A model generated the notes under the pieces. That model was not told where the DNA came from. It worked only from the letters and a program-made list of their open reading frames with translations, and did no database searches. This document shows positions 8,485-17,276 of a DNA stretch of 64,000 bases, piece after piece. The translations under genes were made by a program, and so were the position numbers. This DNA comes from a virus (taxonomy: Duplodnaviria; Caudoviricetes): positions 2,815-66,814 of IMG/VR virus record IMGVR_UViG_3300028561_000007; one strand, written 5' to 3'. Every line of letters begins with the position of its first letter. The first letter of the stretch is position 1.

Positions 8485-10017
8485 ATGAAAATATTATTAG
8501 TAGAACCTGATGTACGGAGAAGACAAAATAAATCTGTTTTTTATAATGGTAAAATTAAAGATTATAATTTGCGATATCCGCCATTAGGTCTGTTAAAACT
8601 ATCTTCTTTCCACAAACAATATGGTGATGATGTTTATTTTGTAAGAGGGTGTGATAATAAAATTATAAATATAAATTTATTTAACAATTCCAGATGGGAT
8701 AGGGTATATATTTCTTCCGTTTTTACTTTTCAATATAATACAATTATAAAAACAATAGATTTTTATAAGAAATTAAATAATCAAAATATTTATGTTGGCG
8801 GTATTATGGCATCTATTATTCCAGAGGACTTGCAACATACTGATGTACATATTGTAAAAGGAATAGTAGATTCTCCTTCTAAAATAAATTTACACGGAAA
8901 ATATCCAAAAGATTGTAATATCGATCAATTTCCACCAGATTATAGTTTATTTTTAGAAGGAAAATATAAAAATCAATACGCTATTTATGAAACTTTTTAT
9001 GGATATACGACCAGAGGATGTCCGAATAAATGTTCTTGGTGTGGTGTACATAAGATAGAGCCAGAATTTATTGACTATATTGATATTAAAAATTCAATAA
9101 AAACACTTAGAGAAAAATATGGGGATAAACCCATTCTTAAATTGATGGATAATAATGTTCTTGCTTCAAAAAAATTAGAATGGATTGTTCGTGATTTATT
9201 TGATTTAGGATATGGAAAAAACCAAAAAACAAAAACAGTTGATTTTAATCAAGGTATAGATGCAACTTATTTAACAGAAGATAAAATGAAACTTCTTTCT
9301 CAGATAAATATTAAACCAATGAGAATTGCGTTTGATCGAATTTCTGATAAGAAAGACTATATATCCTCGTTGCAATTAGCGTCAAAATATGGAGTGCGTA
9401 CATTTTCAAATTATATGTTATATAATTGCAATGATTCTCCAAAAGATTTATATGAAAGAATATTAGTCAATATTGAATTAAATAGCGAGTGGAAAAGGAA
9501 TAAAATTAAATCAAATATTTATAGTTATCCTATGAAATTTGCGCCTATATTTCCATTAAATGGGAAAAATATAAATCATCAAAAAAACTATGCCCCTCAA
9601 TTAGTAATAAAAAACAAACAAAATTTAGTAGAAAACATACAATGGAATAAAAAATTTATTAGAAATATTGATGTTATGAAAGGGGTATCATATGGGTCAA
9701 TTCCTCCAATATCTTCTTTGGCTAAGAAAATTGTAGGAGAAAACTATACAGAATTTATATTGAATTTATTCATGCCAGAAAAATTTTTAAGATATAGAAG
9801 TAAATATGAAAATGAAATTAAAGAGTATAAAAAATTTATTTTAGAAAACATAAGAAACCCATCGGATGATTTTTTAGATTTTTATAAGATTATTTCAGAA
9901 GATAAGAATGATAATATATTGAAGTATTTGCCTGTTTGTAAATCAGAAAAACATAAAAAATGGTTAAAATGCCATTTAAGAAATGAAAAAGACAAAAATA
10001 AGATAAAACTATACTGA
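8485..10017 (+). CDS. Radical SAM protein with N-terminal B12-binding-like domain
   Basis: YPPLGLLKLSS N-terminal motif; TRGCPNKCSWC (CxxxCxxC); DNN and DFNQGID motifs. Confidence 0.85.
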   Translation: MKILLVEPDVRRRQNKSVFYNGKIKDYNLRYPPLGLLKLSSFHKQYGDDVYFVRGCDNKIININLFNNSRWDRVYISSVFTFQYNTIIKTIDFYKKLNNQNIYVGGIMASIIPEDLQHTDVHIVKGIVDSPSKINLHGKYPKDCNIDQFPPDYSLFLEGKYKNQYAIYETFYGYTTRGCPNKCSWCGVHKIEPEFIDYIDIKNSIKTLREKYGDKPILKLMDNNVLASKKLEWIVRDLFDLGYGKNQKTKTVDFNQGIDATYLTEDKMKLLSQINIKPMRIAFDRISDKKDYISSLQLASKYGVRTFSNYMLYNCNDSPKDLYERILVNIELNSEWKRNKIKSNIYSYPMKFAPIFPLNGKNINHQKNYAPQLVIKNKQNLVENIQWNKKFIRNIDVMKGVSYGSIPPISSLAKKIVGENYTEFILNLFMPEKFLRYRSKYENEIKEYKKFILENIRNPSDDFLDFYKIISEDKNDNILKYLPVCKSEKHKKWLKCHLRNEKDKNKIKLY

Positions 10018-10054
10018 TGCTTCTTTTTTATTTTTTATATGAAAAAATTAAGAT

Positions 10055-11452
10055 ATGGGTATAAAACCAGTAAATAATCAGGCGTATCAACTGCTTCATG
10101 ATGGAACAATCGCTTTATCAAAAGTAGAGTCCAATGGAATCCGTGTAGATTTAGATTATCTGGAAAAAACAACAGAAAGTGTTTCGATAGAGATAAAAGA
10201 AAGAACAGAAAAAATCAAATCCAGTAAAATAGGAAAATTATGGAAAAAGATATACAGACATAAAACAAAATTTGGATCTAGGGAACAACTAGGAACAATC
10301 TTATTCAAAGAAATGAAAATTCCTAATCCATATCGAACGGCTTCTGGAAATCGGTATAAAGCCGATGAATCGGTTTTAGAAAAAATAGACCATCCGTTTG
10401 TTCAGGAATATCTTCATTTAGAAAAACTTAAAAAGATAAAAAGTACTTATCTAAAAGGCATTTTTAGAGAATCTGTAAATGGGTTTATTCATCCTGTATT
10501 TAATTTAGGAATAGCCGCTACATTTAGAAGTTCTTGCGATTCTCCTAATTTCCAGAATATTCCGATCCGTATTCCCTGGATAGCGGAGTTAATTCGGAAG
10601 TGTTTTATTCCTAGAAAAGGAAATCAATTAGTAGAAATAGATTACGGGAGAATTGAAGTTTGCGGATCAACCTGTTATCACAAAGATCCGAATATGATTA
10701 AATACATTACAGATCCTTCTAGAGATATGCATAGAGACGCCGCTCAGGAATGTTTTATTTTATCAAAAGATAAAGTAAATAAGGACATTCGATATTGCGG
10801 AAAAAATAATTTTGTTTTTCCACAATTTTATGGAGATTACTATATTGATTGCGCTAAGAATTTATGGGGGAATATAAGTCGATTGAACTTGACATTACCT
10901 AATGGAAAATCTTTATATGAACATCTAAAGAAAAAAGGAATTAAGAAATTAGGCGAGTGCAATCCAGAAAAAAAGCCATTGCCGGGGACGTTTGAAAAAC
11001 ATATTCAGGAAGTAGAGTACAAATTCTGGAATCAGACATTTAAGACTTATAATCAGTGGAAAAAATTATGGTGGGAATCATATCTGGAAACAGGCGGTTT
11101 TTATATGCTTACTGGGTTTTATGTAGAGGGAATATACAAAAGAAACCAGGTGATTAACTATCCAATACAGGGAATTTCTTTTCATTTTTTATTATGGTCT
11201 TTAATCCGACTGCAAAAACTTTTAAGAAAATATAAAATGAAAACGATAATTGTAGGGCAGATTCATGATAGTATTATAGCAGATGTATATAAAGGAGAAT
11301 TAAAAGATTATTTGCATATGTCAAAAAAAGTAATGACAGAAGATATAAGAAAACATTGGAAGTGGATCAATGTTCCATTAGAGATTGAAGCGGAAGTTTG
11401 TGATATAGATCAATCATGGAATGAAAAGAAAAAATACAAGGAATCGGTATGA
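10055..11452 (+). CDS. polA: Family A DNA polymerase, polymerase domain
   Basis: SCDSPNFQNIP, motif A VEIDYGRIE, motif B RYCGKNNFVFPQFYG, motif C QIHDSI. Confidence 0.92.
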   Translation: MGIKPVNNQAYQLLHDGTIALSKVESNGIRVDLDYLEKTTESVSIEIKERTEKIKSSKIGKLWKKIYRHKTKFGSREQLGTILFKEMKIPNPYRTASGNRYKADESVLEKIDHPFVQEYLHLEKLKKIKSTYLKGIFRESVNGFIHPVFNLGIAATFRSSCDSPNFQNIPIRIPWIAELIRKCFIPRKGNQLVEIDYGRIEVCGSTCYHKDPNMIKYITDPSRDMHRDAAQECFILSKDKVNKDIRYCGKNNFVFPQFYGDYYIDCAKNLWGNISRLNLTLPNGKSLYEHLKKKGIKKLGECNPEKKPLPGTFEKHIQEVEYKFWNQTFKTYNQWKKLWWESYLETGGFYMLTGFYVEGIYKRNQVINYPIQGISFHFLLWSLIRLQKLLRKYKMKTIIVGQIHDSIIADVYKGELKDYLHMSKKVMTEDIRKHWKWINVPLEIEAEVCDIDQSWNEKKKYKESV

Positions 11453-12276
11453 GAAGTCCAATTACATGGTATGGCGGTAAATTTTATTCATTAAAAACAT
11501 TATTAAAGTATATACCGAATCATATTACTTATGTTGAAGTATTTGGAGGTGCCGCGTCTTTATTATTTGCAAAGAATCCTTCAAAAATCGAAGTGTACAA
11601 TGATTCTCTTTCTGGTTTAGTTAATTTATTTAGAGTTTTGAGAGATAAGGAAAAGTTTAATAAATTTTATGAACAAATAAACCTTATTCCTTATTCTAGA
11701 GAAGAATTTATATATGCAAGAAAAAACAGAGATCCAGAAGATGAAATAGAAAGAGCCGTAAACTGGTTTGTGCTTATTCGTCAAAGTTTCAGCGGAAATA
11801 TGAGAACATGGGGATATTCTATAAACGCCGCTAATCGGCTATTTAATGAACGCATTTCTAAGTATTTAAATACAGTAAAAAATCTTCCACAAGTACATCG
11901 ACGTTTGTTTTTAGTGCAGATGGAAAATCTTGATTATAGAGAAATTATTCCAAAATATGATACAAAAGATACATTTTTCTATTTAGATCCTCCTTATGTT
12001 TTATCTACTAGAAAAGATAAAAATTATGAACATGAAATGTCAGATGAAGATCATAAAGAACTAATTTCAATTTTATTAAAAATAAAAGGAAAAGTTATGC
12101 TAAGTGGGTATGATAATACTATATACAGAGAACTTGAAGATAATGGATGGACTAAAATCCAATATGATATTCAATGTTGTGCGTCAAATTCAAAAGATAC
12201 AATGGACATAAGAGAAAGACGAATTGAGTCTGTATGGATGAACTATAAACATATATTTCAATTTGGGCATAAATAA
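11449..12276 (+). CDS. Dam-family (D12-class) DNA adenine methyltransferase
   Basis: WYGGK, YVEVFGGAAS SAM-binding motif, FYLDPPY catalytic motif. Confidence 0.92.
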   Translation: MRSPITWYGGKFYSLKTLLKYIPNHITYVEVFGGAASLLFAKNPSKIEVYNDSLSGLVNLFRVLRDKEKFNKFYEQINLIPYSREEFIYARKNRDPEDEIERAVNWFVLIRQSFSGNMRTWGYSINAANRLFNERISKYLNTVKNLPQVHRRLFLVQMENLDYREIIPKYDTKDTFFYLDPPYVLSTRKDKNYEHEMSDEDHKELISILLKIKGKVMLSGYDNTIYRELEDNGWTKIQYDIQCCASNSKDTMDIRERRIESVWMNYKHIFQFGHK

Positions 12277-13199
12277 TGAAAGAACTCTATAAAATTTATA
12301 GACCTAAAAAATTAAAAGATGTGATAGGACAGGAATCAGCCGTATCTTCTCTATCTAAAATGATAGAAAAAGATACTATTCCACATGCTATTTTACTCAC
12401 CGGACCTAGCGGTTGTGGAAAAACAACATTGGCTAGGATTTTATCTAAAAAAGTAGATTGTGGAAAAATGGATTTAATAGAAAATAATTGTGCTGACTTT
12501 AAGGGAATTGACACAATACGAGAAATACGTTCTGCTATGGTATCTTCTCCAATTAGCGGAAAAAGTCGCGTATGGATCATAGATGAATGCCATAAATTAA
12601 CAAATGACGCTCAAAATGCTTTTTTGAAACTTTTAGAAGATACGCCTTCTCATGTTTATTTTATTCTTTGTACTACAGAACCGAATAGACTTATAAAAAC
12701 AATAAGAACTCGATGTACAGAGATTTCTGTAAAATCTTTATCTGATAAAGAAATAGAGAAACTTATATCTAGTGTTTGTAAAAAAGAAAAAATAAAATTA
12801 TCTGAAGAAGTAATTGATAAAATAGTCGATGTATCAGAAGGGAGTGCTAGAAAAGCATTAGTTGTTTTACATCAAATTAGAGACATTAAAAGTAAAGAAG
12901 GACAATTAAATGCAATTTCTTCTTCTATTTCTGAAAATCAGGGAATTACTATCGCTAGACTTCTTTTCAATACAAAAACAAAATGGAAAGAAATAGCAGA
13001 TGTATTAAAAACCATAGAAAATGACGATGCAGAATCTATTCGATGGTTGATTTTAGGATATGCTAAGTCGGTTTTATTAAATGGGGGTAATTTATCTGCA
13101 AGAGCATATCAAGTGATACGAGTTTTTCAGGATAATTGGTATGATTGTAAGTCTGCGGGACTAATTTCTGGATGTTATGAAATAATTTCCGGCCAATAG
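12276..13199 (+). CDS. dnaX: Clamp loader AAA+ ATPase, DnaX (gamma/tau)-like
   Basis: YRPKKLKDVIGQ, GPSGCGKTT, IIDECH, AQNAFLKLLE, IRTRC (SRC-like) motifs. Confidence 0.9.
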   Translation: MKELYKIYRPKKLKDVIGQESAVSSLSKMIEKDTIPHAILLTGPSGCGKTTLARILSKKVDCGKMDLIENNCADFKGIDTIREIRSAMVSSPISGKSRVWIIDECHKLTNDAQNAFLKLLEDTPSHVYFILCTTEPNRLIKTIRTRCTEISVKSLSDKEIEKLISSVCKKEKIKLSEEVIDKIVDVSEGSARKALVVLHQIRDIKSKEGQLNAISSSISENQGITIARLLFNTKTKWKEIADVLKTIENDDAESIRWLILGYAKSVLLNGGNLSARAYQVIRVFQDNWYDCKSAGLISGCYEIISGQ

Positions 13200-13227
13200 A
13201 GTGATAATAAGAATAGAGGGATAAATT

Positions 13228-13713
13228 ATGGGAAATCAGTTTTTAGATATTGATATATTAAATCTGGATAAAGAGTGGATAAAACAGCCAAAACTTTATT
13301 TTAAGTGGGCTAAAAAGTTAGCCAAACTTAAAAAAGCGTTAGAAGCGGCAAAAGTAGAATCTGACCTTATTCGGGCTGATTTGGACAAAGATATCAGAAT
13401 AAATCCTAATAAACATAATATTCCAGAAAGTGTGAAAATAACAGAAGCCGTTGTTAATAGCGCAATTTTACAATCTAATGAGTATAAGGTATCCCAAGAA
13501 AAAGTAATAAATCTGAAATATCAAGTAGATGTGTGTACTTCAGCCGTGACGGCTGTTGTACAAAGAAAAGAAGCGTTAGAAAATGAGGTTAGGTTGCATG
13601 GACAGTCCTATTTCTCCACTCCAAAAGTAAAAGAAGCGGGAAAAGAAGTAGTGGACTCCATCTTAGAAAAAAATAGGAAAGAAAGAAGAAAGAAAGGCAA
13701 AAAAAATGGTTGA
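13228..13713 (+). CDS. UvsY-like recombination mediator (helical)
   Basis: IDILNLDKEWIKQPKLYFKWAKK pattern resembles T4-type UvsY; sits next to SSB and RecA-like genes. Confidence 0.55.
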   Translation: MGNQFLDIDILNLDKEWIKQPKLYFKWAKKLAKLKKALEAAKVESDLIRADLDKDIRINPNKHNIPESVKITEAVVNSAILQSNEYKVSQEKVINLKYQVDVCTSAVTAVVQRKEALENEVRLHGQSYFSTPKVKEAGKEVVDSILEKNRKERRKKGKKNG

Positions 13714-13828
13714 GTTCCTTGCTGTATTTGTAATATTTCCTTTATGGATTTATATTATTGCAAGATTGATTACTTTTGCTGTGTATAAATCAAAACGAGA
13801 AAATGAAAACAAAAACAAGAACCTCTAG
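13706..13828 (+). CDS. Small membrane peptide (40 aa)
   Basis: Read manually: MVEFLAVFVIFPLWIYIIARLITFAVYKSKRENENKNKNL; overlaps the upstream stop. Confidence 0.45.
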   Translation: MVEFLAVFVIFPLWIYIIARLITFAVYKSKRENENKNKNL

Positions 13829-13884
13829 AAGACGTTCTTTTAGAGTAATTGTTTATCCATTTTTAACAGAACAGGAGTACCTTT

Positions 13885-15045
13885 ATGTCAAAGAAAGCGC
13901 AAAAACGTAAACAAAGAATGAGCACTGCCGCCGCCACTAGGAAACGTATGGAGAAAGTTAAAAGGGGGAATGAGCCTCAAACTTTTAAAGTTCCTAATGG
14001 GATGGAGTTATTCCAGTTAAAAAATGAGAAATCTGTCAGGATTGATATTATTCCTTTTATTGCTGGGAAGGGGAATCCAATGGCAGATGAAGGAATGCCT
14101 TACTGGGAAAGAACTTTCTGGGTGCATAGGAATATAGGGCCTAATAACAAGTGGTTTATTTGCCCTGCTCGGACAGTCGGGAGTGAGTGTCCAATTTGTG
14201 AATATGTTTCTAAATTGCAAAGAGATCCAGAATCCGATCAAGAGATTATTGATAGTCTTCTCCCGTCAAAAAGACAACTGTTTAATGTCCAAGATAATGA
14301 AGATCCTGGAAAAGTGAAACTTTGGGATATTTCTCATTTTTATTTTGGAAAACAACTGGATGCAGCACTGGATAATGCGTATGAAGATGATGATGACAAT
14401 ATGGATAATTTTGCAGATCCAGAAGGCGGTGCCTCATTAAAACTGGGAATTGAAACAAACTCTTTTGGTGGAAAAACTTCTTATAAGGTTTCTGACATTA
14501 CATTCAAACCAAGAAAAGAAGATTTGGATGAAGAACTGGTTGAGAAAGCAGTTTGTCTGGATGATATTCTGATTATTCCTACGGCTGAAGAAATTAAAGC
14601 GGCAATGAGAGGAATAGAGGATATGTCTTCAGAAGATGAAGAAGAAACAAAGAAGCCGGTTAGTAAAAGAAAACCTGCTAAGAGTAAAAAGAAAGAAGAA
14701 GCGGAGGAAGATGAAAATGATGAAATTGATGTAGAAGATTCTGAAGATGATGATGAAGATGACAGCGATGATGATGACGATGATGAAGATGACAGCGATG
14801 ATGATGACGATGATGAAGATGACAGCGATGATGATGACGATGATGAAGATGACAGCGATGATAATGAAGACGATGACGACAGCGATGAAGATAACGATGA
14901 TGAAGATGACGATGAAGATGACGATGAAGACGATGAAGACGATGACGACGATGAAGATGACGATGATGAGGATGACGATGATGAAGATGATGAAGATGAC
15001 GATGATGAAGACGTAAAACCAAAGTCAAGGAAAAAGAAAAAATAG
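13885..15045 (+). CDS. Single-stranded DNA-binding protein, T4 gp32-like, with very long acidic tail
   Basis: FWVHRNIG..FICPART.GSECPICE zinc-like motif; about 95 almost purely Asp/Glu residues near the C-terminus. Confidence 0.8.
   Translation: MSKKAQKRKQRMSTAAATRKRMEKVKRGNEPQTFKVPNGMELFQLKNEKSVRIDIIPFIAGKGNPMADEGMPYWERTFWVHRNIGPNNKWFICPARTVGSECPICEYVSKLQRDPESDQEIIDSLLPSKRQLFNVQDNEDPGKVKLWDISHFYFGKQLDAALDNAYEDDDDNMDNFADPEGGASLKLGIETNSFGGKTSYKVSDITFKPRKEDLDEELVEKAVCLDDILIIPTAEEIKAAMRGIEDMSSEDEEETKKPVSKRKPAKSKKKEEAEEDENDEIDVEDSEDDDEDDSDDDDDDEDDSDDDDDDEDDSDDDDDDEDDSDDNEDDDDSDEDNDDEDDDEDDDEDDEDDDDDEDDDDEDDDDEDDEDDDDEDVKPKSRKKKK
14743..15010 (+). repeat. GAY/GAR trinucleotide-rich coding repeat including 30-bp units
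   Basis: GATGATGAAGATGACAGCGATGATGATGAC occurs three times exactly in tandem, followed by degenerate copies. Confidence 0.9.
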
Positions 15046-15154
15046 GCCTTCATGTGAGTGGGGAGTCCCTCCTTTCATTAAAAAAAAACAACATAGTACG
15101 AATGGTTCGTACTTAAAACTCCCCACTCATTTCTTATTTTAAGGGTATTAAATC

Positions 15155-16237
15155 ATGGAAGCCGAAAAAATCAAAAAAGAACTTATGAAAAAAACACCTA
15201 TTCATAAATTAACAGAACAGGATTTTTTAAGTACTGGAAGTACATTATTAAATCTATGCTGTACAGGCAATCCATTTCATGGTTTTGCGAAAGGAGGGTA
15301 TTATTTATTTGCTGGAGATTCTGCCAGCGGAAAAACATTTGCTTGTCTGACTTGTTTAGCGGAAGCGTCTATCAACCCCAATTTTGATAATTACAGGTTT
15401 ATTTATGATAATTCTGAAAATGGGGCGTTTATGAATATAGAATATTTTTTTGGCAAGCGGGTATTGGAGAGGATGGAAACTCCTTCGATGGACCGGAAAT
15501 CCCGCTTGCCTGTTTTTTCTTCTACAGTAGAAGAATTTTATTATCATATTGACGATGCTTACAGAGAAGGAAAACCGTTTATTTACATATTAGATTCGAT
15601 GGACTCTTTAGCCAGTGAAGCAGAAATAGAGAAATTCAGCGAGCAAAAAGAAGCGCATAGAAAAGGGAGGACAATAAGCGGTTCGTATAATGTTAATAAA
15701 GCAAAAGAAAATTCCGCAAATTTAAGAAAAGTTATTTCTATTCTTAGAAAAACAGGTTCTATTTTAATTATTATCAGCCAAACCAGACAAAATTTAGGAT
15801 TTGGTTTCAAAAAGAAAACACGATCTGGAGGGGATTCTTTGAAATTCTACGCTAATATAGAAATGTGGAGTTCGATTAGAGAAAAGATAAAGAAAACAAT
15901 AAAAGGGAAAACTAAACAAATCGGAATCCAATGTCAAATTCAGATAGAAAAAAACAGATTCAGCGGAAAAGAACGAAATTGCATTATTCCAATTTATCAT
16001 TCTTATGGAATTGACGATATTGGTTCTTGTGTGGACTATTTAATTCAGGAAGGACACTGGAAAAAGAATAAAAATTCAATTGTAGCGACAGAATTTAATA
16101 TGCAGGAAACACGGGATAAACTAATTAAAAGAATAGAAAAGAAAGGGGCGGAAAAAGAACTTCGATCTTTGGTAGGACAAGTTTGGAATTACATAGAAGA
16201 CCAGTGTAAATTAAATCGAAAAAAAAGATATGATTAA
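15155..16237 (+). CDS. recA: RecA/UvsX-like recombinase
   Basis: STGSTLLN, Walker A GDSASGKT, Walker B ILDSMDSL, SGGDSLKFYA. Confidence 0.9.
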   Translation: MEAEKIKKELMKKTPIHKLTEQDFLSTGSTLLNLCCTGNPFHGFAKGGYYLFAGDSASGKTFACLTCLAEASINPNFDNYRFIYDNSENGAFMNIEYFFGKRVLERMETPSMDRKSRLPVFSSTVEEFYYHIDDAYREGKPFIYILDSMDSLASEAEIEKFSEQKEAHRKGRTISGSYNVNKAKENSANLRKVISILRKTGSILIIISQTRQNLGFGFKKKTRSGGDSLKFYANIEMWSSIREKIKKTIKGKTKQIGIQCQIQIEKNRFSGKERNCIIPIYHSYGIDDIGSCVDYLIQEGHWKKNKNSIVATEFNMQETRDKLIKRIEKKGAEKELRSLVGQVWNYIEDQCKLNRKKRYD

Positions 16238-17150
16238 AAAAACTACAGATAAAACACCCTGGTTGTTTTTTGATTGTAATTATTTATGTCACCGCGCTTT
16301 TTATTCGCATGAAGATACGGTTTATAAAGGAAGAAAGACAGGCGTTATTCAGGGTTTTTTGAAAGAAGTTTTGTATTCACAGGTTTTATTTCAAACAGAT
16401 CAAATTTCTTTTTATTGGGACTATGGAGAAAACAAACGAAAAGAAATATATCCTCTTTATAAATGGCAAAGAAAAGAAAGAGTAAAATCTAAAGCAGAAA
16501 AAAGAAGGCAAACTTCTTTTACAAAACAAATTACTCTTTTACGAGAAAAGATTATTCCTAGATTAGGATACAAAAATAATTTTTATCAGGATGGATTTGA
16601 AGGGGATGATTTAATTGCGTATCATTGTAAAAAATACGGAGATATTCCGATTATAGTTATTTCGTCCGATTCAGATTTATTTCAACTGATAAACCATAAT
16701 GTCAGTATATATAATCCTCAAAAAAGAATAAAAATGACATTAAGGAGATTTAAGGAGTTGTATAAAATAAATCCAGACCAATGGGTTTTTGTAAAAGCCA
16801 TTGCAGGATGCACTTCAGATAATATAAAAGGTTTACAATGGGTTGGGGAAAAAACTGCGATTGCGTATTTTAACGGTGCATTGTCTTCCGATTGTAAAAA
16901 ATATAAAAGCATTGTAGATTTTGTTCAAACGGATAAATATATTTTTAATTTATCTTTGGTTCAACTTCCAATAAAAGGGACTGAAATATCTGTATTGAAA
17001 AATCATAAAACAACAAAAGAGAGATGGAAAAAGATATGTAAAAAATACGGGGTCTTTTTTGTTAAAGGAGAATTGATGTTTTTACAAAAAAAATTTTGGA
17101 GAAAATACAAGAAAAATGAAAATATTCTATCTCATGGAGATGATAATTAA
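16230..17150 (+). CDS. 5'-3' exonuclease / flap endonuclease (T4 RNase H, PolI N-terminal-like)
   Basis: FDCNYLCHRAF, EGDDLI, SSDSDLFQL and helix-hairpin SDNIKGLQWVGEKTA. Confidence 0.9.
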   Translation: MIKKTTDKTPWLFFDCNYLCHRAFYSHEDTVYKGRKTGVIQGFLKEVLYSQVLFQTDQISFYWDYGENKRKEIYPLYKWQRKERVKSKAEKRRQTSFTKQITLLREKIIPRLGYKNNFYQDGFEGDDLIAYHCKKYGDIPIIVISSDSDLFQLINHNVSIYNPQKRIKMTLRRFKELYKINPDQWVFVKAIAGCTSDNIKGLQWVGEKTAIAYFNGALSSDCKKYKSIVDFVQTDKYIFNLSLVQLPIKGTEISVLKNHKTTKERWKKICKKYGVFFVKGELMFLQKKFWRKYKKNENILSHGDDN

Positions 17151-17230
17151 ATAGAAACACGGCAGGGCTTGGCTGGGCCTGGCGGGGCTTGGCATGGCTC
17201 GGCGTGGCAAGACAAGGCAAGGCAAGGTTA
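17141..17230 (+). ncRNA. GGC-NN pentamer array 2 (putative guide RNA, 13 units), adjacent to Cas7-like gene
   Basis: Leader TGATAATTAAATAGAAAC, units 17161-17225 with NN = AG TT TG CT GG TT AT TC GT AA AA AA AA, constant 3' tail; ends ~47 nt before the RAMP-like ORF. Confidence 0.8.
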
Positions 17231-17276
17231 TTATTAAAAATATAAACAAGGGAAGAATGAAAGAAAGGAAGAACAA

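Noticed and set aside
8185-10054. Group I/II intron or intein splitting polA
   Set aside because: I saw no homing endonuclease, RT or intein Cys/His-Asn ends; the polymerase half has its own start.
14481-15053. Poly-Ser, poly-His and MMMK ORFs overlapping the SSB tail
   Set aside because: These are alternate-frame readings of the GAY repeat.
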